Positions 29,837 through 39,693 are shown, counted from the first letter of the stretch. The stretch is DNA of 64,000 nt from an uncultured Acidobacteriota bacterium (GCA_963836075.1 CAWIIB010000009.1:352001-416000), one strand, 5' to 3'. The notes: generated from the sequence alone by a model not told the origin. Translations and numbers: made by a program.

Positions 29837-31315
29837 ATGAATGAAATTATCAATCTGCTGAAAGAATCGGTTGGCGGATACCTTCCGCAACTGCTCGGCG
29901 CCGTGGCCATTCTGGTCGTCGGCTGGCTGATGGCCCTGGTCATTGCCGGGGCGATCCGTGGGTTAGTAAGGCGCACCGGGATAGACGACAAACTGGTCAC
30001 CTGGTTTGGCGAGGAAAAATCGGGCGGCAAGGCGCCGGATTTCGCCGTCGGCATCGGCCGGGGCGTGTTCTGGTTGATCATGATCCTGGTATTGACTGCC
30101 GTCCTGCAGGTCCTCGACCTGACCCTGACCACGGCCCCGCTGAACAATTTCCTGTCCCAGGTTTTCCAGTTCCTGCCCCAGCTCGTGGGGGCGGCCGTGC
30201 TGGCCCTCATCGCCTGGATCACCGCGGTCACCCTGCGGCTGCTGCTGAGCAAGGCGCTGAAGGCGGCAAAGGTGGATGAAAAAATCTGGCGCCAGCTGAG
30301 CGACGGGGAACCGTCCGGGCAGGTGTCGCGGACCATCGCCGATGCCGCGTACTGGCTGGTGCTGCTGCTCTTCCTGCCGGCCGTGCTGGGTGCCCTGAAG
30401 TTGCAGGGCCTTCTCCAGCCGGTGCAGGGCATGATGAACAGGATTCTCGGCTTTCTGCCGAACCTGCTCGCCGCCGCCCTGATCGCCCTGGTCGGCTGGT
30501 TCGTGGCCCGCCTGGTCCGGCGGATTGTGGAAAACCTGGCGGGAACGGCCGGCGGGGATCGGCTCGGTCAACAGATCGGACTGCCGCAGCTGTCCCGGAT
30601 CATCGGCCTGGTGGTCTACATCCTGATCCTCGTTCCGGTGCTCATCGCCGCACTCAACGCCCTGGCGCTGGAGGCGGTCACCCGGCCGGCCAGCCTGATG
30701 CTGACCAAGATCCTCGCCGCCTTCCCGTCCATCTTTGCCGCCGCGGTGGTCGTCCTGATCGCCTACGCGGTGGGGCGGCTGGTTTCCGGACTGGTCACCG
30801 AACTGCTCACCGGCATCGGGTTCAATACCATCCTGGTCCGGCTGGGCATCGGCCGGGAACCGGAGGAGGGTCGGCGTACGCCGTCCGAGATCGTCGGCTA
30901 CCTGGCACTGGTGGCGATCATGCTCTTTGGCGCTCTCGAAGCCTCCGGTCTGCTGGGCTTCGAAGTCCTCTCGGACCTGACGACCGATGCCACCGTGTTC
31001 GGCGGGCACATTCTCGTGGGGCTGGTTATTTTCGGGATCGGTCTCTACCTGGCCAACCTGGCCGCTGAGGCCATCCAGTCCAGCGGTGTGGCGCAGTCCC
31101 GTCTTCTCTCCGTCACCGCCCGTATGGCCATCCTGGTCCTGGCCGGCGCCATGTCGCTGCGGCACATGGGCCTGGCCGACGAGATTGTCAGTCTGGCCTT
31201 TGCCCTGATCGTCGGCGCCGTGGCGGTGGCCGCAGCTGTGGCCTTCGGCATCGGCGGCCGGGACCTTGCCGCGAAGAAGCTGGCCCAGTGGTTCAAGGAA
31301 AAACCATCGGTTTGA
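29837..31315 (+). CDS. MscS-related protein with repeated conserved TM-helix units
   Basis: Repeats of (Y/F)LP.L..A......GW (YLPQLLGA, FLPQLVGA, FLPNLLAA, FPSIFAA); C-terminal AFGIGGRDLA. Confidence 0.82.
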   Translation: MNEIINLLKESVGGYLPQLLGAVAILVVGWLMALVIAGAIRGLVRRTGIDDKLVTWFGEEKSGGKAPDFAVGIGRGVFWLIMILVLTAVLQVLDLTLTTAPLNNFLSQVFQFLPQLVGAAVLALIAWITAVTLRLLLSKALKAAKVDEKIWRQLSDGEPSGQVSRTIADAAYWLVLLLFLPAVLGALKLQGLLQPVQGMMNRILGFLPNLLAAALIALVGWFVARLVRRIVENLAGTAGGDRLGQQIGLPQLSRIIGLVVYILILVPVLIAALNALALEAVTRPASLMLTKILAAFPSIFAAAVVVLIAYAVGRLVSGLVTELLTGIGFNTILVRLGIGREPEEGRRTPSEIVGYLALVAIMLFGALEASGLLGFEVLSDLTTDATVFGGHILVGLVIFGIGLYLANLAAEAIQSSGVAQSRLLSVTARMAILVLAGAMSLRHMGLADEIVSLAFALIVGAVAVAAAVAFGIGGRDLAAKKLAQWFKEKPSV

Positions 31316-31452
31316 ACCGGTAGCGACGGGCGGGATCCTCAGGAATGCCGAGGCTCCCGCCCCGAAGCGCCAATCACCACAGAGCCCGGGTTCAACCGAT
31401 TAACCCGCGGTGCAGTATCGCCGCATAGATGGAGTATCGAAAGGTAGCAAAA

Positions 31453-32499
31453 ATGAAAATCGGATTCGTCGTCAACGACATTATGACCGAACAAAGCGGG
31501 TACACCACCAGCCGGCTGGCAGTGGCCGCGATCAACATGGGCCACGAATCGTGGGTCATCGGGGTGGGCGACCTGGCCTACGACCCGGACGAGAACATCC
31601 GCGCCCGGGCCACCGGCGTGCCGAAGAAAAAGTACCAGAACAGCGTGGCCTACCTCAAGGACCTGCAGGGGAAAAACGCGGTGAAAGAGCGGATCACCGT
31701 CGACGACCTCGACGTGCTGATGCTGCGCAACGATCCCTCAAACGATGCGGTGAACCGGCCCTGGGCCACCTCCGCCGGGATCCTCTTCGGCCGGCTGGCC
31801 ATGCGCCACGGGGTGATCGTGGTCAACGACCCCAACGGCCTGTCCAAGGCCGAGAGCAAGATGTATTTCCAGATGTTCCCCGAGGAGGTGCGGCCGCAGA
31901 CCCTGATCACCCGCGACCGCTCGGAGATCAAGGCTTTCGCCAAAGACCAGGGCGGGACCATCGTGCTCAAGCCGCTGCAGGGCTCGGGCGGGCAGAGCGT
32001 CTTCCTCATCCGGCCGGACGACGTGCCGAACATGAACCAGATGATCGACGCGGTGAGCCGCGACGGCTACGTCATCGCCCAGGCCTACCTGCCGGCGGCG
32101 GAACAGGGTGACATGCGGCTCTTCCTGATGAACGGCCAGCCGCTGCGCGAGAAGGGAAAATACGCCGCCTTCCGCCGGGTGCGCACCGGGGGCGACATGC
32201 GCTCGAACATCCACGCCGGTGGCAAGCTGGCCGCGGCGGTGGTGGACGAAGAAGCGCTGCGCATCGTCGAGATCGTGCGGCCGAAGATCGTCCAGGACGG
32301 GATGTTCCTGGTGGGCCTGGACATCGTCGGTGACAAGCTGATGGAGATCAACGTCTTCAGCCCCGGCGGGCTGGGCAGCGCGCAGAAGTTCACCGGGGTC
32401 AACTTCAGCCGTACGGTGATCAGGGCCCTGGAGCGCAAGGTGCAGTACATGGAGTTCTACCGCCGCAACTTCGACAACGCGGAAATGGCCACTTTGTAA
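31453..32499 (+). CDS. Glutathione synthetase-like ATP-grasp ligase (GshB family)
   Basis: DVLMLRNDP, VVNDP.GL, VLKPL.GSGG.SVF, GDMRLF, RSNIHAGG, VGLDIVG.KLMEINVFSPGG. Confidence 0.85.
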   Translation: MKIGFVVNDIMTEQSGYTTSRLAVAAINMGHESWVIGVGDLAYDPDENIRARATGVPKKKYQNSVAYLKDLQGKNAVKERITVDDLDVLMLRNDPSNDAVNRPWATSAGILFGRLAMRHGVIVVNDPNGLSKAESKMYFQMFPEEVRPQTLITRDRSEIKAFAKDQGGTIVLKPLQGSGGQSVFLIRPDDVPNMNQMIDAVSRDGYVIAQAYLPAAEQGDMRLFLMNGQPLREKGKYAAFRRVRTGGDMRSNIHAGGKLAAAVVDEEALRIVEIVRPKIVQDGMFLVGLDIVGDKLMEINVFSPGGLGSAQKFTGVNFSRTVIRALERKVQYMEFYRRNFDNAEMATL

Positions 32500-32778
32500 G
32501 CTGCACCGGCTGCATCTTGCCGAAACAAAGTGCTAATCTGCTTGCGCGCCTGCGGACCGATTGACAGGCAGGTTATTATTTACGGAGCAGACAAGCAATA
32601 TATTATGACAAAAAACTTACACTCCCGGCAGCTGAACGCAATCCGGAATCCGGTTTGAATGTACCCGTCGGGACCCTGGCTTCGCGGACGAGCGGACCAG
32701 ACCGCTCTGTGTGCCGCACTTCCCAGGCCTGCCGGCCAGGAAGAAGGGTGGGGTGCAGACCGCTAACGGAGGTGTCCG

Positions 32779-33606
32779 ATGGAATTTGAAAACTGGAGCT
32801 CGGCCCTGAAGAACATGGCGGAACAGCTCTGGAACGGCTTTCTGGCATACCTGCCGCAATTGGCCCTCGTCATCGTATTGCTGCTGGCCGGGTGGGCCCT
32901 GGGCCGGCTGGCCCGCAGGCTGGTCAGCAGGCTCATTCTGCGTCACGCCCGCGGCCGAAAAGGGCCCGCCATGGAGCAGGCGCTGCAAGAATCCGGGGTG
33001 GACCGGATGGCCGCCGAGATTTTCGGGCGGATCGCTTTCTGGTTCGTGCTGATCTTCTTCGCCGCCCTGGCCGGAGAAGTTCTCGGACTGGCCGTGGTTT
33101 CCCGTGGTCTCGCCGTGCTGATCCTCTACCTGCCACGCGTACTGGCCGCGGGGCTGATCGCCTTCGCCGGTCTGCTGATGAGCAACCTGGCCCGGGACGC
33201 GGTGATGACGCTGAGCAGTTCGAACCGTTTCAGTGGGAAGGTTCCGGCACAACTGGTCCGCTACGCCATCCTGCTGCTCACCACCGTCGTGGCCCTGGAT
33301 CAGATCGGGATCGACAGCACGCTGCTGATCCTGGCCACGGGAATCGTGCTTGCCGCGCTGCTGGGCAGCGCGACGCTCGCCGTCGGTCTCGGCGCGCGGA
33401 CCGAGGTGGGCAATATCATCGCCCTGCACTATCTGGCCAAGTCCTATTCGGTGGGCCAGCGAATCCGGATCGGGGATGTGGAAGGCCGCATCGTGGAGCT
33501 CGGCACCACCGGAGTGGTCCTGGACACCGCACAGGGACGGACAACCATCCCCGGCAAGGAATTCAGCACGCGCAGCTCCTGTCTGCTCGACGAGACGGCG
33601 CCATGA
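32779..33606 (+). CDS. CmpX-like / MscS family membrane protein
   Basis: YLPQLAL, YLPRVLAA, ALDQIGID, VGLGAR..VGNIIA, VGQRIRIGDVEG. Confidence 0.8.
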   Translation: MEFENWSSALKNMAEQLWNGFLAYLPQLALVIVLLLAGWALGRLARRLVSRLILRHARGRKGPAMEQALQESGVDRMAAEIFGRIAFWFVLIFFAALAGEVLGLAVVSRGLAVLILYLPRVLAAGLIAFAGLLMSNLARDAVMTLSSSNRFSGKVPAQLVRYAILLLTTVVALDQIGIDSTLLILATGIVLAALLGSATLAVGLGARTEVGNIIALHYLAKSYSVGQRIRIGDVEGRIVELGTTGVVLDTAQGRTTIPGKEFSTRSSCLLDETAP

Positions 33607-34469
33607 AAATCGAAAACACCTTGTCGAATCTCTACCTGGAGAGCCATCCGGATGACGCGGCGCGGGCCCTGGAAGGCCTTCCGCTGGAGCAGGCTGCCGC
33701 ACTTCTCGAGACCGCACCGGCCGCAGCCGCCTCAAAGGCGCTGGATCGGATGGAACCGGCAAGGTCGGTGGAACTGCTGAAGCTGTTTTCCACGGCTCGT
33801 GTCGGTGAAATTCTCGAGATTCTGCCCCCCGAATCGGCGGTTCAGCTGATGCTCAGGCTGGAGCCGGAGGAGCGCGAGCTGCTGCTCGGCAGCGCGTCGG
33901 AAGCCACGGCCGACCGGCTGCGGCGACTGCTCACCTATCCCGAAGACAGTGCCGGCCGGCTGATGGATCCGCGGGTGATGGCTTTTCCCGAGGATCTCGA
34001 GGTCGCCGAGGCGGTGCGCCGGCTCCGCCGCCACAATCACCAGCTTCGCTACTACCTCTACGTTACCGACCCGGAGCACAGGCTGATCGGCGTGCTCTCC
34101 CTGCGTGAACTGATGGCCGCTCCGCCGGACGAACGCCTGGCGCCACGGTTTCGCCGGCCGGTGACCCGGCTCAGCGTCAGGGATACCCGCTCGACAGTCC
34201 TGCAGCACCCCGGGTGGTTGAAGTACCATGCGCTCCCGGTGACCGGCGGTTCAGGGATCCTGGTCGGCGTCTTGCGCTACAAGACCTTACGGAAGCTGGA
34301 AGGCGAAACAGCAACCACACGGCCTTCCGATCTCATCGGATTGGGGTCGGCGCTGGGCGAAGCCTGGGTCGGCATATCCGGACTGCTGTTCGACGGGTTT
34401 GCCGGATCCCTGCACGGGAGCCGCGAATTCAGGGCCGGCAAGGGAGGGGAGACAAACCATGGTGCATGA
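33603..34469 (+). CDS. Soluble MgtE N-domain plus CBS pair (no channel domain)
   Basis: Helical repeats, YPEDSAGRLMDP, YYLYVTD..HRLIGVLSLRELM; no MgtE TM domain. Confidence 0.8.
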   Translation: MKIENTLSNLYLESHPDDAARALEGLPLEQAAALLETAPAAAASKALDRMEPARSVELLKLFSTARVGEILEILPPESAVQLMLRLEPEERELLLGSASEATADRLRRLLTYPEDSAGRLMDPRVMAFPEDLEVAEAVRRLRRHNHQLRYYLYVTDPEHRLIGVLSLRELMAAPPDERLAPRFRRPVTRLSVRDTRSTVLQHPGWLKYHALPVTGGSGILVGVLRYKTLRKLEGETATTRPSDLIGLGSALGEAWVGISGLLFDGFAGSLHGSREFRAGKGGETNHGA

Positions 34470-35766
34470 ATCCCCCACCGCCGAATTCGCGCTTGCCGTC
34501 GAGTCGCTACAGCGATACCCGGAGGAGACCGCGCACCTGCTCGAGGAGGCCCCGCTTGGGGATAGCGCGGCCCTGGTCGCCCCTCTGACGGCAACGAAAG
34601 CCGTGGCGGTGCTCGTGCGGCTCACACCGGAGACGGCCAGCCGGTTGCTGGGACAACTGCCTGACCAGAAGGCCGGGGCGATTCTTGCTGCCTTCGATCC
34701 CGCTCGGGCTGCGGCAGTCCTGGCCAGGATGGATGCCGAAGCGCGGGAACGGCTGATCGGCCTGCTCAAGCCCGCCCAGGGAGCTGAACTGCGGGCCCTG
34801 GGCGAGTATCCGCCGGAGAGCGCCGGGGCGAACATGGATCCCCAGGTGATGGCCGTGCAACCGCAGGTCACCGTGAGCCGAACCCTGGCCAGGCTTCGCA
34901 CCTACCGCGACAAACGGGTGCGCCGTGTCTACGTTGTCGATGACGAAAACCGGCTGTTGGGTTCGGTGCGGCTGCACGATCTCGCCGTGTCAAAACCGTC
35001 ACAGAAGATAGAGGAACTGATGGAGCCGGGATCGGTGGCCGTGGCTGACACCGCCAGCCGGGATGAGGTGGTGGAGACCCTGACCAGCACCAGGCTTCCC
35101 AGCATTCCGGTGGTGGACTTCGACGGCCGGCTGGTGGGCGTGATCCGCGACGATAAGCTGCTGGCCGCCGTTCAGGCCGAAACCAGCGCTGACATGCAGG
35201 CGATGGTCGGGGCGAGCCGTGATGAGCGCGCGCTCTCCCCGGTGTCCTTCGCCGTTCGCAAGCGCCTGCCCTGGCTGGAGGTCAACCTGCTGACCGCCTT
35301 TCTGGCGGCAGCCGTTGTCGGGCTGTTCGAGGACACCATCGCCCGGTTCACCGCGCTTGCCGTACTGCTGCCCGTGGTCGCCGGCCAGTCGGGGAACACC
35401 GGCGCCCAGGCGCTGGCGGTCACCATGCGCGGCCTGGCCCTGCGCGAGATCCGCACCCGCCACTGGATGAAGGTCGCTTCGAAAGAAGTTCGGGTCGCCT
35501 TCCTCAACAGCGTGGCGGTGTCGCTGACAACATCGGCGGCAGTCTTTGTCTGGAGCCGGTCCGCCGGCTTGACCCTGGTCATCGGCATATCCATGATACT
35601 CTCCATGGTGGCCGCGGGCCTCTCCGGTGCGGCGATTCCACTATTGCTTACCGCAATCCGTCAGGATCCCGCACAGTCGTCGTCGATTATTTTGACCACG
35701 GTCACCGACGTGGTTGGTTTCTTCAGTTTTCTGGGTATCGCCACACTTTTATCCGGCATGATCTGA
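34459..35766 (+). CDS. mgtE: Magnesium transporter MgtE
   Basis: YPPESAGANM, CBS pair, RKRLPWL, PVVAGQSGNTGAQ, DPAQSS..LTTVTDVVG. Confidence 0.92.
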   Translation: MVHESPTAEFALAVESLQRYPEETAHLLEEAPLGDSAALVAPLTATKAVAVLVRLTPETASRLLGQLPDQKAGAILAAFDPARAAAVLARMDAEARERLIGLLKPAQGAELRALGEYPPESAGANMDPQVMAVQPQVTVSRTLARLRTYRDKRVRRVYVVDDENRLLGSVRLHDLAVSKPSQKIEELMEPGSVAVADTASRDEVVETLTSTRLPSIPVVDFDGRLVGVIRDDKLLAAVQAETSADMQAMVGASRDERALSPVSFAVRKRLPWLEVNLLTAFLAAAVVGLFEDTIARFTALAVLLPVVAGQSGNTGAQALAVTMRGLALREIRTRHWMKVASKEVRVAFLNSVAVSLTTSAAVFVWSRSAGLTLVIGISMILSMVAAGLSGAAIPLLLTAIRQDPAQSSSIILTTVTDVVGFFSFLGIATLLSGMI

Positions 35767-35790
35767 TTCCATGCCGCCGGGAGAAATGAA

Positions 35791-37125
35791 ATGGAACGCC
35801 ACGTGCTCATGAACCTTCTGTGGGTCGGGTTCGCCCTGGGCCTCGTCGCACTGAACGGCTTCTTCGTTGCCGCGGAGTTCGCGCTGATCAAGGTCCGGCC
35901 GGCCCGCCTGGCACAGCTGGTCCGTCAGGGAAAAGGTGTCGCGAGAACCACCCAGTGGCTGGCCAAGCGGATGGACCGTTCCCTCTCCGCCTGCCAGCTG
36001 GGAATCACCATGGCCTCCCTCGGCCTGGGCTGGATCGGGGAGCCGGCGGTGGCCCGCCTGGTGGAGCCGCTGTTCCGCTTTGCAGGGGTGACCACACCAG
36101 CGGTGGTGCACGGCGTATCGTTCGCCATCTCATTCACTCTGATCACCGCCGCGCACCTGGTGCTCGGCGAGCAGGCGCCGAAGATCTTTGCCATCCGGCG
36201 GCCGGAGCAGATGGCCATGTGGATCGCCGTGCCGCTGAAGACCTTTTACCTGATATCCTTCCCGCTGCTCCGGGCCCTCGATATCATGACCTCGACACTG
36301 CTGCGCACCGTCGGCGTGACAGCCACCTCCGATCACGAAAGCCCCCACTCCCCGGAGGAACTGCGCACTCTGGCCAGCCAGGCCCGCACCCACGGCGAGC
36401 TGAGTTCGTGGGAGCACCGGCTGGTGGAGGCGGCGTTCGATTTCGAGGAAACGGTCTGCCGCCAGATCATGGTTCCGCGCACCGAGGTGGTCTTCATCGA
36501 TATCAACACCCCGCTAGAAGAAATACGTAAGGTGATGAGGAAGTCGCTTCACACGCGGTACCCGGTCGGAGACGGCTCGCTGGACAAGATACACGGAATC
36601 TTGCACGTCAAGGACCTGGTCGGTATCCCCGAAGGGCGCGACCTGCGCTCGATCCTGCGCCCGCCGCGATACGTACCGGAGACCGCCCACATCAGCAAGC
36701 TGCTGGGCCACTTCCAGTCCACCCGGCAGCACATGGCGCTGGTCGTCGACGAGCACGGGATGATGGTCGGGATCGTCACCATGGAGAACGTGCTCGAAAA
36801 AATCGTCGGCCCGGTTCGCGACGAATTCGACGTGGAGATGCCCGATATCGTGCCCGAAGGAACCGGTCAGCTGATGATCAAGGGCAAAACGCCCATCGCC
36901 GAACTGGCCGAAGCGCTTGGCCAGCCTATCGATGCGGAGGGTTTTGACACGGTGGGGGGGCTGATGGCCGACCGCCTGGGAAAGATACCTGCCGTGGGTG
37001 AACGGATACAGCTGGACGGGTATGAGCTGGTGGTCACCCAGGTGCGGCACAACCACGCCACGCGGATCAGGGCGGTGGTGAAACGGGATCCGAACGCGGG
37101 CGCCGAGCCGGCCGACCCGGCCTGA
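35791..37125 (+). CDS. CNNM-CBS-CorC (hemolysin-like) protein
   Basis: LNGFFVAAEFA, QLGIT.ASLGLGWIGEP, GEQAPK, IMVPR, HTRYPV, DTVGGL. Confidence 0.92.
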   Translation: MERHVLMNLLWVGFALGLVALNGFFVAAEFALIKVRPARLAQLVRQGKGVARTTQWLAKRMDRSLSACQLGITMASLGLGWIGEPAVARLVEPLFRFAGVTTPAVVHGVSFAISFTLITAAHLVLGEQAPKIFAIRRPEQMAMWIAVPLKTFYLISFPLLRALDIMTSTLLRTVGVTATSDHESPHSPEELRTLASQARTHGELSSWEHRLVEAAFDFEETVCRQIMVPRTEVVFIDINTPLEEIRKVMRKSLHTRYPVGDGSLDKIHGILHVKDLVGIPEGRDLRSILRPPRYVPETAHISKLLGHFQSTRQHMALVVDEHGMMVGIVTMENVLEKIVGPVRDEFDVEMPDIVPEGTGQLMIKGKTPIAELAEALGQPIDAEGFDTVGGLMADRLGKIPAVGERIQLDGYELVVTQVRHNHATRIRAVVKRDPNAGAEPADPA

Positions 37126-37201
37126 CCACCATCCGGACTGAATGCGGCCGAGCTGACACCCCTGTTGCTGCCGAACGGTGAGTTGCGCGAGGAGGCCGAA
37201 A

Positions 37202-38014
37202 ATGACCAATCTGAACATCCTGGTGATACACGGTATGGGCTCGCAGGAGAAGTATTACTCCCACCCGATGCGCGAGGAGATCAAGGACCGGCTGGGCCAC
37301 GACCTGGAGGGGCGGGTGACCTGGGGCGAGGTCTACTGGGCCGACGTGCTCAAGGCCCGGCAGACCGAATACCTCAACGAGGCCAAGCAGAACAACGATC
37401 TCGACTTCATCTCCATGCGCCGCTTCATGGTCAACTCGGTGAGCGACGCCTCGGCCTACCGCAAGACCGCGGACAAGAGAGACACGGTCTACGACGACAT
37501 CCACGCCAAGGTGGACCGGGCGATGGCCGACCTCGACGACCCGTCCGACCCCAAACGGCCGTTGGTGGTGCTGGCCCACTCGCTGGGCGGGCACATCATG
37601 TCCAGCTACATCTGGGACCTGCAAAAGCCCGGCGCCGCCCCGGCCGGTGCCAGCGACTTCCGCCGCATGAAAACCCTGGCCGGGATGGTGACCTTCGGCT
37701 GCAACATCCCCTTCTTCACCTTCGCCTTCAGGAAGAGCGACATCAAACCGATCAAGTTCCCCGGCAGCAAGCTGCCCCAGGCGCTGAAGGAGGAGGCCCG
37801 CTGGCTCAACTTCTTCGACCCCGACGACATCCTCGGCTACCCCCTGCGGCCGATAAACTTCGCCTACCGCAAGATCGTCGACGAGGATATCGCGATCAAC
37901 GTCGGCGGGCTCAACTCCAGCTGGAACCCACTGTCCCACACCAAGTACTGGACCGACAACGACTTCACCAAACCGGTGGCCGCCTTCATCGAGAAGCTGC
38001 TGCTGGCGGGGTGA
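37202..38014 (+). CDS. Alpha/beta-hydrolase fold protein of unknown function
   Basis: LVIHGMG, nucleophile elbow LAHSLGG, FDPDDILGYPL, SHTKYW. Confidence 0.75.
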   Translation: MTNLNILVIHGMGSQEKYYSHPMREEIKDRLGHDLEGRVTWGEVYWADVLKARQTEYLNEAKQNNDLDFISMRRFMVNSVSDASAYRKTADKRDTVYDDIHAKVDRAMADLDDPSDPKRPLVVLAHSLGGHIMSSYIWDLQKPGAAPAGASDFRRMKTLAGMVTFGCNIPFFTFAFRKSDIKPIKFPGSKLPQALKEEARWLNFFDPDDILGYPLRPINFAYRKIVDEDIAINVGGLNSSWNPLSHTKYWTDNDFTKPVAAFIEKLLLAG

Positions 38015-38186
38015 GGGGGGGAAGGGAGGGGAATTTACATCGTTGGTTCCATCAGAGCAGCATCGGCTTCGACCAAAACAGAATCCAAATCGTGATCCTC
38101 GCCAGCGGCAATTTCCATTTCGCCTCTAGTCAACAGGTTCAGGATTTGACGTAGTTGCTCCTGAAGATCGTAATCACAACTATCGC

Positions 38187-38444
38187 TCAATGATACACAT
38201 CTTTCCGGTGCCCCACCTTCACGACAATGACCACGAGCTCTCCATCACGTATGGCATATATGATGCGATATCGCCCTTGACGAATACGATAGCGTTCCTG
38301 CCCCGTCAGCTTCTCGCATCCAGCGGGACGCGGGTCTTCGGAAAGCAGCCTGAAGCATTTCAGTAGTCTGGCCACGTCCTTTTTCGGCAGCAACCGAAGA
38401 TCCTTGGCCACCGATTTCCTGAAGAGGAGCTTATATTTTGCCAT
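38187..38444 (-). CDS. RelE/ParE family toxin
   Basis: PRPAGCEKLTG..RYRIRQGRYRIIY....VVKVGHRKDVY. Confidence 0.9.
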   Translation of the reverse strand: MAKYKLLFRKSVAKDLRLLPKKDVARLLKCFRLLSEDPRPAGCEKLTGQERYRIRQGRYRIIYAIRDGELVVIVVKVGHRKDVYH

Positions 38445-38664
38445 GCTTCTTCAGGTCCTTGAGCAACGCCTCGTAGCTCATCGTCGGCTCGGCCACCCGC
38501 TCCTCGAACGCAGCCAGGTCTTCCTGGTCCTCGCTCAATGTTCTCCGGACCGCCTTGTTCACCAGCCCTGAGATCGACTCTCTGGTGTGAGCCGCCTTGA
38601 CCCTCAGGGCCTGGTGCAAGTCCGGGTCGAAATAGATTGTGCAGCGGATTGATTCCTTGTCCAT
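38431..38664 (-). CDS. CopG/RHH antitoxin
   Basis: RCTIYFDPDLHQALRVKAA..SISGLVNKAV, EDQEDL; overlaps the toxin start. Confidence 0.85.
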   Translation of the reverse strand: MDKESIRCTIYFDPDLHQALRVKAAHTRESISGLVNKAVRRTLSEDQEDLAAFEERVAEPTMSYEALLKDLKKHGKI

Positions 38665-38684
38665 CGGGATTACCTCCTGATGAT

Positions 38685-38714
38685 GTTATAAGGTTTTTAA
38701 TGTTATGATGTCAA
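38685..38714 (-). promoter_or_regulatory. Sigma70 promoter of the TA operon overlapped by 8-bp direct repeats
   Basis: Minus strand TTGACA-18 nt-TATAAC; repeats TTGACATC, TTGACATC, ATAACATT, ATAACATC. Confidence 0.6.
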
Positions 38715-38837
38715 GATGTCAAAAATGACATAAATCCGATTCCAGGAAATTGCCACCCCGACGGCGGCGCCGACTCCTCTCAAGGAACAATACGACCGGG
38801 GCGGTCAGTATGCAGCTTTAAAAATGAATGGTTTCTG

Positions 38838-39548
38838 TCACCCGCCAATGGAGATGCTGCCGCCCACCGTGCCGTGAATCTCGTGGCTCTCACCCGCCTC
38901 TCCACGCGAGGTGAAGGGGACGACCAGGACCTCGCCGCTCTTGCGCAGGGTGATCTCCAGCGTGTACGGTTCGCCGGGCTCCATGGTTCCCTTGAAGTAG
39001 AGCAGGTCCTTGACCCGGCGGTGACGGTGCACCTGGGCCGAGGTGACCAGGGCCGCGCCCGGCGGGGGAAAGAAGTTGGTGGGCACCAGGTGCGAGTTGC
39101 GGGTGAAGCGACCGCCAAAGGTGGTGAAGTCGAGGTGCTGCTGGTCACGGCGCATGTGGGGATAGTTCTTGCGCAGTTCTGCGAGACCAGCCATGGGGAT
39201 CTCGTTGCCGTAGCGGTCGAGGAGGCGGATCCGGTCGCGGTCGACGTAGAAGGCCTTGGCCTTGCGGTTCCAGACACCGAAGATCAGGGAGATGTAACCG
39301 GTGGGCTTTTCGTCCGGCTTCATATCGACGATCCGTGTGCTGACATAGAGATTGATCCGCTCGCCCTTGGCCCTGATGAAATCGTCGTGCCGGGTGATCT
39401 CGTACTCTTCCTTCTCCAGCGTGTCGTCATCGTCAGCGGTCACGGTTGCCGGCAGCAGGAGGACGAGACAACAGACGGCCACCGCGGCAACCAGCAACAC
39501 CGCACCAGTTCGCCGTGCCCTGGCTGGCCTAAACGTGGCATTCACCAT
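38838..39548 (-). CDS. Secreted hypothetical protein
   Basis: Basic then hydrophobic signal peptide (..LLLPATVTA); GC3-biased ORF. Confidence 0.65.
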   Translation of the reverse strand: MVNATFRPARARRTGAVLLVAAVAVCCLVLLLPATVTADDDDTLEKEEYEITRHDDFIRAKGERINLYVSTRIVDMKPDEKPTGYISLIFGVWNRKAKAFYVDRDRIRLLDRYGNEIPMAGLAELRKNYPHMRRDQQHLDFTTFGGRFTRNSHLVPTNFFPPPGAALVTSAQVHRHRRVKDLLYFKGTMEPGEPYTLEITLRKSGEVLVVPFTSRGEAGESHEIHGTVGGSISIGG

Positions 39549-39605
39549 CCGCAGCCCTCCTCTTTCCCGAAAATTGCCAATATTGGAGCATCCCCTCGTC
39601 GTATC

Positions 39606-39691
39606 GGGGACGTACATAAAAAGTATAAGAAGTCGGACCCGAAGCGAAGGGAGGACAGGCCCGACTTTTTATACTTTTTATGTACGTCCCC
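39606..39691. repeat. 31-bp inverted repeat (REP/MITE-like)
   Basis: GGGGACGTACATAAAAAGTATAAGAAGTCGG ... CCGACTTTTTATACTTTTTATGTACGTCCCC, 30/31 complementary, 24-nt spacer. Confidence 0.85.
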
Positions 39692-39693
39692 CA

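Noticed and set aside
39606-39691. CRISPR array
   Set aside because: Repeats are inverted and only two or three copies; no spacer series or cas genes
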